Source: an uncultured virus (IMG/VR IMGVR_UViG_3300020046_001970) (Duplodnaviria; Heunggongvirae; Uroviricota; Caudoviricetes). From it: a stretch of 58,077 nt of DNA. The DNA is taken from the IMG/VR virus record IMGVR_UViG_3300020046_001970. One strand, 5' to 3'. The translations under genes and the position numbers were made by a program. This document shows positions 9,458-19,027 of the stretch, in pieces (the first letter of the stretch is position 1; each line of letters begins with the position of its first letter). The notes under the pieces are model-generated. The model was given only the letters and a program-made list of their open reading frames with translations. It was not told the origin of the DNA and did no database searches.

Positions 9458-10756
9458 ATGGCATTAGATCAAATCAAGTTTCGACCTGGCACGATGATCA
9501 AGTTCTTCTCAACCAAGTCGTTTGCGTTGGGTAGTACTGGGTATAACGTTACGGATGGTATGGAGGTCCTGTTCGATGGGACTACCGTAGAATTTAGCGG
9601 TAATCGGTTTACCCTACCTGGCCTTCGAGGGGCCATTAAGGCTCAGTGGTTGGTACTTCCAGAGGAGTACGATGCCATTATGGAGAGTGGGGGCGTGGGC
9701 CCAGTTTCCGCGAACGTTCAGGTACGGTCTACGAGTGACTTAGGTCAAAACCCTATGCAGCCTGCTCGTAAGGGTATGATTGCTACGGTTGAGTCGGATG
9801 AGCGTATTGTCATGAGTCGAGGGGATCGTGCGGAAAGTGTGCAGCAAGCGAGGACGGCACAGAATCAAGCAAGGGATCAGGCGAGGCCTTCCGGTGGGGT
9901 TGCTAGGGCCTTTGGTAGCGGTAAGGGTATTGACGTAGGTGGTGCCGAGTTTGGAACTCCGGTAGCTCGTACGTTTACTACTCCAGCAAAGCAAACCCCA
10001 GAGGTTACTCCTAACTCGGTAGGTCAGGCTATTATGGCGGCCGACAAGGTAAAGGTCCAACCGGGGCAAGGAATGTCTGAGAGTGAGATGCTCTCCCGTA
10101 TGTCAGACGATGACAGAGAGGCCTATCTATCGGAGAAGGAAGCTCGAAAAGCAGATGTCCTTAGTCGTACAGTAGGTTATGAGCGAGAAGGGAGGTCCAC
10201 CTCTAATCTCGCGAGTAACAACCAGTTGGGTACTCAGGTTAAGCAGGCCAGTGCTCCACGTACGGTAGGGAGGGTGTCGGGACATAAGGTGAGCAACACG
10301 GAGGGCTTTACGACTACCTTGGCTACAGGCAGGGGGGTAGAGATTGCAGACCTGTCCGGAATGGATGATGCTCCAGCTCGTCAGGACACGGTCTCTTCTG
10401 AGGGTATGACGTTTAGAAATACGAACGGCCCAAGGAAGGCATTCAAGCCGGTTGTAAGTAGTGACTCGGCAGAGGCCTCTACTGATGCAGATTACATTGT
10501 ACCCGTAAGACACGAAGAGCCTCAGTCTCGTATCGACAAGGATGGTACTGCGGACACTCGAAAGTTGATCGCCAAGTCAATCTGCAAAGAGTTCCCTGAC
10601 GACTACGATTTCAGTGCTCACTGGAAACGTCGGCTAGCTACCATTCGACTGAACTATGAGGGCAACTTCGAGGTCATTCGAGCAATCTTCGCAGCCGAGA
10701 GTGACGACTTCAAGAAGCTCCTTTTGGAGGAGTTCCCAGAGGCGTTTACTTCTTAG
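9458..10756 (+). CDS. Hypothetical protein, likely virion-associated
   Basis: 432-aa ORF with GGAGG RBS; disordered middle, globular-looking ends. Confidence 0.75.
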   Translation: MALDQIKFRPGTMIKFFSTKSFALGSTGYNVTDGMEVLFDGTTVEFSGNRFTLPGLRGAIKAQWLVLPEEYDAIMESGGVGPVSANVQVRSTSDLGQNPMQPARKGMIATVESDERIVMSRGDRAESVQQARTAQNQARDQARPSGGVARAFGSGKGIDVGGAEFGTPVARTFTTPAKQTPEVTPNSVGQAIMAADKVKVQPGQGMSESEMLSRMSDDDREAYLSEKEARKADVLSRTVGYEREGRSTSNLASNNQLGTQVKQASAPRTVGRVSGHKVSNTEGFTTTLATGRGVEIADLSGMDDAPARQDTVSSEGMTFRNTNGPRKAFKPVVSSDSAEASTDADYIVPVRHEEPQSRIDKDGTADTRKLIAKSICKEFPDDYDFSAHWKRRLATIRLNYEGNFEVIRAIFAAESDDFKKLLLEEFPEAFTS

Positions 10757-10769
10757 TTCGTGAGCTTGA

Positions 10770-10806
10770 GGAGGGTGGGTAGCCTACGTGAGGTTACTCA
10801 CCCTTC
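10770..10806 (+). terminator. Stem-loop, probable terminator
   Basis: GGAGGGTGGGTAGCCT-ACGTG-AGGTTACTCACCCTTC. Confidence 0.6.
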
Positions 10807-10813
10807 ATGCATA

Positions 10814-10823
10814 ATTCATTTGT
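10814..10823 (+). promoter_or_regulatory. Candidate late-promoter motif (ATTCATTTGT)
   Basis: 15 nt before ATG 10839, with no SD between. Confidence 0.5.
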
Positions 10824-10838
10824 ACCTATGTGTAATCG

Positions 10839-12449
10839 ATGACTCGAAGTGCAAGCACTCACAAAGAAGCTGGGATCATCGTTTACCTTCAGGAGGAGTT
10901 GACCGACGCAAGAATGCGTTGCGACCAACTGAAGAAGTTCGTTGATCGGGCTGTACGTCACATATCCGACTCCCCTCAGAAGGATACCTTCTATGAGGTG
11001 GCAGGGGATCTCATCTACGGGATTCCAGATGCTCTGTTCCGGTTAGATAAGGCTCTTGACGCTACGGCTCTTGCTGCGGCTAGGCTGGACTATGAAGAGC
11101 TGAAGCAGAGCCTTAAGCCAGAGAAGGTAGAGCTACTGGAAGAAGTTCTTAAGGGCGTTAGGGTGAGACACCTTGATCGACGCGCCCCGTCTGCCATTAA
11201 ACCGAGTCCAGAAGGCCTAGCCTTCCCCCAGGAGAAAACTGCTATGTTCAAGGCTGCGTCCAAAAATCGTGTTGCTGAGGCTCTTTACCGTATCGCTTCT
11301 GGGGTGGAGGCGGCAAGCCTATCTCCAGTGGACGCTACCATGAGGCTACATCGAGTCCTCATGGCCCTAGCTCAGACTCCAGATCGAGCCGTTCAAGCGA
11401 TGGGTCCTATCCAGGCAGATTCTCGTGAGAAGGTCATGGAGGGGTTCAAGGGAGCCAACCCAGACCTCACTGATGAGCAGCTTGAGGAGATTGCTGACCA
11501 GTGGGAGAAGAATAAGGACGTTGTAAAGGACAAGCAGGCTGATTTTGGGAGTAGGCCGGTAGCTGACGGACTAAAGGAGTTGCTATCTGGACATAAGGCG
11601 TTAGCTCGTGCGCGCATCATACTTGAAGCTAGTCTTTCGGATGAAGTGGCGGATGTAGCGCTAGTTGATCTCGACAGGGCCCAAAAGTTGGTTGCTAAGT
11701 GCCTAGACCAGGTTTCTAGGGTCAAGACAGCTCGCTACGAAGAAGGCAAGTCCGCAGACCCTACCGAGAACATGTCTGAGGAAGACGCTGCGGAGTGGAA
11801 GAGGCAGACGGAAGAGAATCGCGATAACTTCAAGAGTGCTGCTGGTAAGACTTTCCGTTACCCGGAAGGTCAGATGACGGAAGAAGATTGGGTCGACAGG
11901 TACGCTGATTCGGTGGAGGAGTATCGTGCTAAATGGACCGACCTATTTGATCGTCGGAAGTTCAACAGTCTGGAGGGGGATGGTGCACAGCAAAGGTACG
12001 AAGACGACCTGAAGCTCAAGGCCCAGAAACCACGCTTCCGAGCTTGGAAGAAGGGTAAGGAGACCTACCAGGACATCTCCAAGGCAACGTTCGAGTGGGC
12101 GAAGAAGCGAGGCATCAACTCCAAGTCCGCTGCAATGGAATTCAAGAGTGCTGCGACTTCTCCATCAAAGGGGTCCCCTAGTGATTGGACACGTAAGGGG
12201 GAGCAGTGGGTGCAATCAGTTAAGTACGCTGGAGGGGTTAAACACGACTGGACCATTAGTGGGGATGGCCCTTTCCTAGTTCAGGTAAAAACGGAGGATG
12301 GTTCTTGGAAGGGGAAGACAAAGTTCTCCTCTTTGGAGGAAGCTCAGAAGTTTGCTTGGAAGTTTATTGGCAAAGCTAATGGGGAGGAACTGCTTGAAGA
12401 GGCTAAGCCAAAGAGTTTTACGAAGTCCGCCACCCAGACGATGTGGTGA
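10839..12449 (+). CDS. Modular hypothetical protein, candidate internal head polyprotein
   Basis: 536 aa of short segments separated by KTA/KQA/KSA motifs. Confidence 0.65.
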   Translation: MTRSASTHKEAGIIVYLQEELTDARMRCDQLKKFVDRAVRHISDSPQKDTFYEVAGDLIYGIPDALFRLDKALDATALAAARLDYEELKQSLKPEKVELLEEVLKGVRVRHLDRRAPSAIKPSPEGLAFPQEKTAMFKAASKNRVAEALYRIASGVEAASLSPVDATMRLHRVLMALAQTPDRAVQAMGPIQADSREKVMEGFKGANPDLTDEQLEEIADQWEKNKDVVKDKQADFGSRPVADGLKELLSGHKALARARIILEASLSDEVADVALVDLDRAQKLVAKCLDQVSRVKTARYEEGKSADPTENMSEEDAAEWKRQTEENRDNFKSAAGKTFRYPEGQMTEEDWVDRYADSVEEYRAKWTDLFDRRKFNSLEGDGAQQRYEDDLKLKAQKPRFRAWKKGKETYQDISKATFEWAKKRGINSKSAAMEFKSAATSPSKGSPSDWTRKGEQWVQSVKYAGGVKHDWTISGDGPFLVQVKTEDGSWKGKTKFSSLEEAQKFAWKFIGKANGEELLEEAKPKSFTKSATQTMW

Positions 12450-13137
12450 ATGAAGGCTCTTGAGGGCCTTTTGGCTGAGTCCAAACTCCCTGAGGGAGAC
12501 CCAGCAGGAAGAGGGGTGTCTTTGGATCCTGGGATCCCAGGCACCTCTTCTACTGGCTATGTCTATCTTGTCACAAATACCGTTAACGGTAAGAAGTATG
12601 TTGGTTGCACACGGGTGACTGTATCTAGGCGTTGGATTCAACATCGTAGCGCAGCTAAGAACGGGAGCCCATTCGCTTTACACCAGGCCATACGTAAGTA
12701 TGGGTTTAACAAGTTTCAAATGCATTGAAGTTGTAGAGGGGTCTCATGCAACTCTGATGGAAGTTGAAATTCGTCTTATCTCTCATTATGGTAGTGTAGC
12801 CCCTTACGGCTATAACCTTACTCATGGTGGAGATGGTGTTGACTACTCCGTGCCAGGAGTGCGGGAACGACACTTAAAAGCTATGCGTGAGTTACCTTTG
12901 GACCCTATCTGGGTACAGTCTCTTAAGGATGGGATCAAGAAAAGACAAATGGACCCAGAGAGTAGGGCAAATCAGTTAGCTGGGGTTAGGCAGAGTCACC
13001 TTAACACTCGGTCTAAAGTCTGTACCTTATGTGGAGGCCCATTGGACATTCATAGATCTTGGTGCACCCCTTGTAAGAAGGACTACCACAAGGACTATAA
13101 CAGGAAGTATACTATTAAGCTTAAGGGGCAGTCATAG
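12450..13137 (+). pseudogene. GIY-YIG homing endonuclease split by a +1 frameshift near 12714
   Basis: GYVYLVTNTVNGKKYVGCT...AIRKYG in one frame, continuing as KCIEVVE...E..LI...GYNLT.GGDG in the +1 frame. Confidence 0.8.
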
Positions 13138-13925
13138 TGTACCCTGTGGCGGAATCTGGGCTCCCTGGAGGTGGCCCTTCTCCGCGAGGCGTATCCTTGG
13201 ACTCTAGTATACCTGGAACCGCAACTTTTTCAAAGCCTGTAGAAGACATTAGGGAGCCAGATAAGGCCGAGGGGGGTTCAATCTACAGGAAGGATGACCC
13301 CGACTCATTGGCGAAGCCTCAGACGGGATACGATGGGCGGGATCTTTCTCAGGTTAGGCCTAGCTATTCTTCTCCTGGGCCTAATGACGGCTCCATCACA
13401 AAATACCCATATCGCGATGGCATCCCAAACGCCCACAACGCTGGTTTGGTTTCGTCTGTAGTTCAACTCTGGTTACTTAAGTCAGCACGGGAGATTCAAG
13501 TCGACCTTACACTTCCCAGTAAGGTAGCTGCGACCCTCGCTGAGATTGAGGCAGGGTTGAACCCCAAGACTCAGATGAAAGCCAAGTCTTGCTCTTCTAC
13601 CTTGAAGAGAGCTGACATAGCTAATTTGAGATGGATCTTTTCGGTGGATTGTGGGAATGGTCCTAGACTTGTGAGGCTAAAGGCTGTACGAAGCGGTAAG
13701 GTCGTATCTCTTACGAAGATGGGTCTATTCTTCTCTTGCTCCTGTCCAGGATGGCAGTGGTTAGGCCCAGAGTATCATGCAAAAGGGGAGAACTACATTG
13801 ACGGTAAGCCGAGAGGTACAGCGTCTCCCCCGAACATCAAAGACCCCAATCGTGTAAATCGAGTCTGTAAGCATGTGGCGGCAGTTCTTTCCCAAGTGCG
13901 AGCTTGGCAGATACCAAACAAATGA
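13137..13925 (+). CDS. SWIM zinc-finger protein
   Basis: CSCPGWQW...CKHVAAV (CxC...CxH). Confidence 0.75.
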   Translation: MYPVAESGLPGGGPSPRGVSLDSSIPGTATFSKPVEDIREPDKAEGGSIYRKDDPDSLAKPQTGYDGRDLSQVRPSYSSPGPNDGSITKYPYRDGIPNAHNAGLVSSVVQLWLLKSAREIQVDLTLPSKVAATLAEIEAGLNPKTQMKAKSCSSTLKRADIANLRWIFSVDCGNGPRLVRLKAVRSGKVVSLTKMGLFFSCSCPGWQWLGPEYHAKGENYIDGKPRGTASPPNIKDPNRVNRVCKHVAAVLSQVRAWQIPNK

Positions 13926-13938
13926 GATGAGGTTAACC

Positions 13939-14349
13939 GTGCCAACGTATTCAATTGAGTGTCATGAGTGTGGGACCGTACGGGAGCAAAGACTTTCCTA
14001 CTCGGAGTACGACTCTGTACGAGGTGGGAGTAAGAGCCTTACTTGTGACAAGTGTGAGCTACCGGTTCACATTGGATTCCATCCTGGAGCCATAGGCTTC
14101 ATTCTGAAGGAGGGGGAGTCCGGTGGTTGGGCGAGTAAGTCCATTCGGGAGAATGCTTACCGTACCAAGCGTAGGGCTGTTATGGCTCAGAAGGAAGCCG
14201 ATCACGTCTTCAAGAACTCTCTTCAGGCAAACTACGATGGAGCTGAAACTGGCTCTTGGCGAGAGGCTCAAGAGTTGGCTCGAAAAGAAAAAGGTGACGC
14301 CGCTGCTGCCACCTATAACCCTCTTGTACAGAAGGAACAGATGACATGA
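13939..14349 (+). CDS. FmdB-like zinc-ribbon protein
   Basis: MPTYSIECHECG...CDKC...GGW; GTG start after GAGG. Confidence 0.7.
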   Translation: MPTYSIECHECGTVREQRLSYSEYDSVRGGSKSLTCDKCELPVHIGFHPGAIGFILKEGESGGWASKSIRENAYRTKRRAVMAQKEADHVFKNSLQANYDGAETGSWREAQELARKEKGDAAAATYNPLVQKEQMT

Positions 14350-15365
14350 GTGCTCCACGATTGTTTTCCGTTCTCAGGCGTAAGGCAGGTCTGATTGACC
14401 TGATTACTCCTATTCTACCCCCATCAAGTTTGGTTGAGCAGTATCGGATTAAGACCGACACGAACCCAGCAGGGGCCTTTGTGACTAGGGTTGTTACGGC
14501 CCCTAGGACGGGGATGGTAGACCCTGACGTAGCTGGAGGGCAGCATGTGATTCAACCGGGCGAGAACGTTCGGATGATCTTCAAGCCTTCCAACTTTGGG
14601 TTGTCGGACAATGCCGTCTGGGTAAAGTTGGTCTACCTAGATAGTGCGGGGTTGGAGCTGTCTACCCCCGCCCCTAGTGCGCCAACCTTGATGCTCCCTC
14701 CTGTTGGGGGTCCTGAGATGTCTGGGTTTACGGTCTCTGTACCCAACCGAGCAAGCCTTGCTACAGCTCTTCGTCTTGATCTACCTAGGGCAATGGAGAA
14801 TGTTAGGCTCCTGAACTTGGATACTGGAGTAGCTATATGGGTGGCCTTCAATGAGGGCGGACCTGAGGTAAAGATCCCTTTCGGAAAAGAGCTTGTAGGT
14901 TTCCATGGCACGGTATCCTCGCTATTTGTCAGAGGGGCCGGGGCAGCCGATGTTGCCGCTGTCGGATCGTTGACTCTTGCTGCAAATGTGGTTGCAACGA
15001 ACACGGTTACCATTGGCAGTAAGGTCTACACCTTTGTAAGTCCCATGGTGAACGTCGATGGGAACGTGCTCATTGGAGCCACGGCTTCTGATTCCATTGA
15101 CAACCTGATTGCAGCGATAAATCTAACCCCAGCTGGAGCTGGAACTCTCTACGCTGCTGCCACCACATTGAATACCTCGGTTGTAGCCGCTGTAGCTCCT
15201 GGAGACGTAATGGGTGTTACTGCTTTGGTAGCAGGGGTAGCTGGTAACTCCATTGCAACTACATCTACAGGCGGTATTGCAACATGGGGAGCGGCTACAC
15301 TTGCGAGTGGAGCTGGAACCCCTGTAGACCTATCGGTAACATTTACTTCGGCCTTCCCACGGTGA
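14346..15365 (+). CDS. Virion structural protein
   Basis: C-terminal A/G/T-rich domain (TVTIG..YTF...NLIAAIN...G.AGNSI) of the type seen in sheath and decoration proteins. Confidence 0.55.
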   Translation: MSAPRLFSVLRRKAGLIDLITPILPPSSLVEQYRIKTDTNPAGAFVTRVVTAPRTGMVDPDVAGGQHVIQPGENVRMIFKPSNFGLSDNAVWVKLVYLDSAGLELSTPAPSAPTLMLPPVGGPEMSGFTVSVPNRASLATALRLDLPRAMENVRLLNLDTGVAIWVAFNEGGPEVKIPFGKELVGFHGTVSSLFVRGAGAADVAAVGSLTLAANVVATNTVTIGSKVYTFVSPMVNVDGNVLIGATASDSIDNLIAAINLTPAGAGTLYAAATTLNTSVVAAVAPGDVMGVTALVAGVAGNSIATTSTGGIATWGAATLASGAGTPVDLSVTFTSAFPR

Positions 15366-15387
15366 GGGTAGGCGCCCTTCGTACGTT

Positions 15388-15397
15388 TTCTTTTTAT
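15388..15397 (+). promoter_or_regulatory. Candidate late-promoter motif (TTCTTTTTAT)
   Basis: Intergenic copy upstream of 15439. Confidence 0.4.
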
Positions 15398-15438
15398 GAA
15401 ACGGGTTGTGTAACCCTTCCCCGTTTAGGAGTGACCAA

Positions 15439-16068
15439 ATGTTGAGGCTTACCCACACTCAAGTTGCACAAGGTGCCCACTATATTCCGGACATTGATGA
15501 CGGCCTACCCCGTAAGACTGCGGGTCGTGGGATTGGGGCTCCAAAGAGGTTTGACCGTGATGGTAACTCCCCAGGTGGTGCTGATCGTAGCGTCAAGCCA
15601 GGGGCTAACTTCGACAAGCAGAAGTGCTATGTGCCTAGAGTCAAGGCTGGGGAAGTGACGATTGCTGGGTACATCGATATTGCTGAAAGCGATGCGGTAC
15701 TGCTCTCTCAGGCAAGGGGTACAATCAACGGACTCCGTGTGGCTAACCACATCACCGTGACATCCTTCCTAGCGACAGACCTTGCGGCTCCTGTTCTCAC
15801 TCTCGCAGATAAGGATACCCCAGGAGCTGGAGACCTTCGTATTACGGGCACAGGTCTAACCTCCCTAGCTCCGGACATCACGACGGTCATCCTCACGGGT
15901 ACCGCAGCCATCACCTTGACCCAGTCGCAGATCACTACCGGAGGTGGTTCGATCAGTGCCACTCAAATCAACATTCCGGCAGCTCTGATTCCTGGTGTTG
16001 CTCTGACCACAACCTCGGCTCAGATTCGTGCAGATGGTCAGTTGTCGGCTGTCGTAGCTCTAACCTAA
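15439..16068 (+). CDS. Structural protein with C-terminal Ig/IPT-like domain
   Basis: AGGAG RBS before ATG 15439; C-terminal ~95 aa paralogous to 16461. Confidence 0.6.
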   Translation: MLRLTHTQVAQGAHYIPDIDDGLPRKTAGRGIGAPKRFDRDGNSPGGADRSVKPGANFDKQKCYVPRVKAGEVTIAGYIDIAESDAVLLSQARGTINGLRVANHITVTSFLATDLAAPVLTLADKDTPGAGDLRITGTGLTSLAPDITTVILTGTAAITLTQSQITTGGGSISATQINIPAALIPGVALTTTSAQIRADGQLSAVVALT

Positions 16069-16073
16069 AAACT

Positions 16074-16436
16074 ATGAAAGCCCCCGCACTTCTCAGTCTA
16101 ATCGACCAAGAAGCTGGGGCTTTCCAGCGGATCGACAACAAGTGGAGACCTCAGAACCTCTTGTTTGAATTACAGATGAAGACGTTGATGGACGATATGA
16201 CTCGAAGGTTCAACTTGGTAGTTCAAGCTGAAAGTGAGTTCCAAGGTTTGATTAGGGCTGCATTCTTTGTCAAGTCCATTCGGCAGTTGAACCTCATCCT
16301 CAAAAGAGCTAACTTCGTTCGTCGAATTAACGACCTAGCCTTTATCCAAGCTGTGTCAGATTTCTACTCAGTGTATGGGGAAATGCTTAGGTATCTCAAG
16401 ATTGATCAGGCAAGAGGCCAATTACAGCCCATATAG
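16074..16436 (+). CDS. Hypothetical protein
   Basis: 120-aa ORF filling the gap in the operon. Confidence 0.6.
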   Translation: MKAPALLSLIDQEAGAFQRIDNKWRPQNLLFELQMKTLMDDMTRRFNLVVQAESEFQGLIRAAFFVKSIRQLNLILKRANFVRRINDLAFIQAVSDFYSVYGEMLRYLKIDQARGQLQPI

Positions 16437-16460
16437 GGTCAAAGATTAGAGGAGTTCCAA

Positions 16461-17210
16461 ATGCGTGTTGCTGTTATCCGAGGGGATCTTTCAAAGGGTC
16501 TATACATTGCGGACGTAGACACTAGAGGTCAGTTCGCAGGTAAGAGTAATGCTCGCTCTGTTGGGCGCCCAAGTGTAGCGGACATTACGGCGTACCTAGC
16601 TGCTCAAGGACTGGCTGCAAGTGCTGCCACTTTGATTACGGCTACGGTTCCCGTGGGAGGTCCAGTTAACGTATCTTCTGCTACGATTACTGGCGTAGCT
16701 GGGCTTGGAGGAGCTTCTGCTGCTCAAGTCCTAGCTCTACAGGATTTGCTAGCGCCTTACTTCGTTGAGACAGATGCCGTAAAGAAGAGCTTCCTGTACG
16801 GAAACCTTGCGGGCTTTAGGTCGGCTTCGTTTAATCCTGACCCTCGACGCGAGCCAGCTCTCTCTTCGAGTGCTGCGATTTCTTGTGTGCAGGACGACGG
16901 GTCTACTGCATTTAACCCACTCCCTCCGGTAGTTACAACTGCGGACAAGGACACTCCAGGAGCTGGAGACCTTCGTATTTCAGGTACGGGTCTTCTTCCT
17001 TACGGTCTCTACTCGTACACCGTAATTCTAGAGGGCGTGCTCACAAAGAAGTTGACTCAGGCGCAAATCCTTGCTGGGGGCGGCTCTATCAATGCAGGTG
17101 GGACTCAAATCGACATCCCAGCAGCGTTGGTCCCAGGGGCAACTCTGACGACCACTACGGCTAGGGTCCAAGTGAACGACATGCTGTCCGCAGCTGTCGC
17201 CCTTACCTGA
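16461..17210 (+). CDS. Structural protein with C-terminal Ig/IPT-like domain
   Basis: GAGGAG RBS; ADKDTPGAGDLRI.GTGL...VALT shared with 15439. Confidence 0.6.
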   Translation: MRVAVIRGDLSKGLYIADVDTRGQFAGKSNARSVGRPSVADITAYLAAQGLAASAATLITATVPVGGPVNVSSATITGVAGLGGASAAQVLALQDLLAPYFVETDAVKKSFLYGNLAGFRSASFNPDPRREPALSSSAAISCVQDDGSTAFNPLPPVVTTADKDTPGAGDLRISGTGLLPYGLYSYTVILEGVLTKKLTQAQILAGGGSINAGGTQIDIPAALVPGATLTTTTARVQVNDMLSAAVALT

Positions 17211-17216
17211 GAGAGA

Positions 17217-17498
17217 ATGGACCCTCTAATTTGGAAAACTGCGGATGCTCAGAAAGTGGTCGCTGACCAGTGGCGAGACGCGTTACGTAAGTTACAGGTT
17301 AGACTACTAGCTGCGGAGGCTGAAGCAAAGTCCCTTTCAGATATGATGCGAGGCTCTTTGGACATGGGGGACGTTCTCTCGAAGAGGGTGTTACCCCCAA
17401 ATGCCGTAAAGCAGGTATCTGATATCTGGAAGCAGACTTCGGACTTGAGTAATCAGGTCCAAGAAATTTCAAAAAAGCTAATAGCTGTACGGGGTTAG
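17217..17498 (+). CDS. Small coiled-coil hypothetical protein
   Basis: Heptad-like helical sequence. Confidence 0.6.
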   Translation: MDPLIWKTADAQKVVADQWRDALRKLQVRLLAAEAEAKSLSDMMRGSLDMGDVLSKRVLPPNAVKQVSDIWKQTSDLSNQVQEISKKLIAVRG

Positions 17499-17555
17499 GG
17501 TCATTCCCCTAACCCCTTCTAGATGTAGAAACCGATGGATAGAGAGGTGGAGCAA

Positions 17556-17807
17556 ATGTCAAATACATTGAAAGAACGAGCGCCGTTTAGGACCCCAGAC
17601 CTGTACTTTGCAGCTTACTTGCAGACAGCAGGCGTTACGATGCTGAAGTCTGAACGGGAGAACTCTCGGGTGTTCTTTGTGTTCAGTACCGAGGTTGCAG
17701 ACATTGAAGAGCTGAAAACAGGTTGGTTCAACAGCACTGCAAAGATTCCAGCAATGACGTTTGCGAACAATATCAAGTCGTTGAAGTCTGTATGTCACAT
17801 GACCTAG
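17556..17807 (+). CDS. DUF5659-like small phage protein
   Basis: RTPDLYFAAYL...G...RVFFVF pattern recalled for this family. Confidence 0.55.
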   Translation: MSNTLKERAPFRTPDLYFAAYLQTAGVTMLKSERENSRVFFVFSTEVADIEELKTGWFNSTAKIPAMTFANNIKSLKSVCHMT

Positions 17808-17826
17808 ACTACCCCGTTCCCACCTA

Positions 17827-17836
17827 ATCTACTGAT
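17827..17836 (+). promoter_or_regulatory. Candidate late-promoter motif (ATCTACTGAT)
   Basis: Intergenic copy upstream of 17881. Confidence 0.45.
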
Positions 17837-17880
17837 AACCTAGTATGTGTGGTGGGAGTGACCCTTAGGAGAGCACGAAC

Positions 17881-18477
17881 ATGGCTGATCATGCGGTTGA
17901 CGCAACTTTAGCGGGAGATTCCACTCAGGTGGCGGATGCGGTCATGCTATATGCTGGAGGGGCAGTAGCTGTAACTGGAGCGGCTGACTTTGTAGCTGTA
18001 AACCTGCTTGGTGAGCTAGGTGCGGTGGCAATCAGTGGGGATGCCTCCGTGGCATCTGACTTCGTCCTTTCTCTTGCAATTGATTCCTCCTTCGGGGGTG
18101 GGGCAGACGTCACGGCTCCAAATCTACTTGCATGTATGGATGCCACCCTCACGGGTGGGGCCGACCTGACTGCATCCTTCACAATTCTTTTGAGTGCTGC
18201 TCTACTCGCAGACGGCTCAGGTTTGACTGTTGGAGACCTACTCGCTATCTATGGAGTTAGTGCGGCATTGGAAGGCGTTGCAGACTTCCCTCAGGTCGAG
18301 CTAACTCTGATGGCACACCCTGGGACAGTGGCTACTAAGCCCATTGCAAACTCGGGAGCCACTCTTCAACAATTCATTGATGCGACTGGCTCTAGTAAGG
18401 CTTCTCAGAAAACTCAGCCCGTTAGCCACCCTGTGGTCGACCCAAACCCACCCAAGAAACCTTTTGCACCACGTTAA
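17881..18477 (+). CDS. A/G/D-rich repeat structural protein, paralog of 7592 and 19028
   Basis: AVDATLAGD and GELGAV motifs shared with the paralogs. Confidence 0.6.
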   Translation: MADHAVDATLAGDSTQVADAVMLYAGGAVAVTGAADFVAVNLLGELGAVAISGDASVASDFVLSLAIDSSFGGGADVTAPNLLACMDATLTGGADLTASFTILLSAALLADGSGLTVGDLLAIYGVSAALEGVADFPQVELTLMAHPGTVATKPIANSGATLQQFIDATGSSKASQKTQPVSHPVVDPNPPKKPFAPR

Positions 18478-18490
18478 GTAGGAGAAAACA

Positions 18491-18889
18491 ATGACTGCTA
18501 AGACTGACTATTTGGAGCTTCGTGTTCTTGACCGTGTTCTAAAGAACAACGCTCAATTCGTGTACTCTTTCCCAGCAACTGTGTATGCTTCGCTACACAC
18601 TGCTGACCCAACGGATACTGGCTCCCTAGCGGCGGAAGCTTCTGGTGGCTCGTATGCTCGCATTGCAATCAGCTGGGGTACCATCGCTTCGGGTTCGGTC
18701 GCGAACTCGTCTGCGATTACCTTCCCAGTTGCAACGGGAGCCTGGGGTACGATCACCCACGTTGGTATCTGCGATGCGTTGACCACGGGTAACATGCTCT
18801 ACAAGGGAGCCCTTGGTACCTCTAAGGTCGTTGGTAACGGCGACCAGGTCAGTTTCGCTATCGGAGCGCTAACTGTCTCTGAGGGGTGA
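18491..18889 (+). CDS. Small phage fibre/structural protein
   Basis: TDYLE..VLD...VYASLHTADP...YAR...ITFP.AT..WGTITH..I.DA.T.GN.L, a widespread virion protein pattern. Confidence 0.75.
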   Translation: MTAKTDYLELRVLDRVLKNNAQFVYSFPATVYASLHTADPTDTGSLAAEASGGSYARIAISWGTIASGSVANSSAITFPVATGAWGTITHVGICDALTTGNMLYKGALGTSKVVGNGDQVSFAIGALTVSEG

Positions 18890-18905
18890 TTCTACCCTTT
18901 GGTTA

Positions 18906-18961
18906 GCACCAAAAGCAGGAAACCATTCTGGGAAACCGGGATGGTTTTTTGCTTTTGGTGC
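18906..18961 (+). terminator. Long intrinsic terminator hairpin
   Basis: GCACCAAAAGCAGGAAACCATTCTGG-GAAA-CCGGGATGGTTTTTTGCTTTTGGTGC. Confidence 0.8.
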
Positions 18962-19027
18962 CACCCATTAAACGTCTTATTCTTTCTGATAGATGTCGGG
19001 TTGTTCGGGCTACTTCGGAGGTAACTA

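Noticed and set aside
12441..12458. In-frame TGG TGA ATG junction suggesting read-through into the GIY-YIG leader
   Set aside because: Simple stop-start adjacency explains it; no supporting read-through signal.
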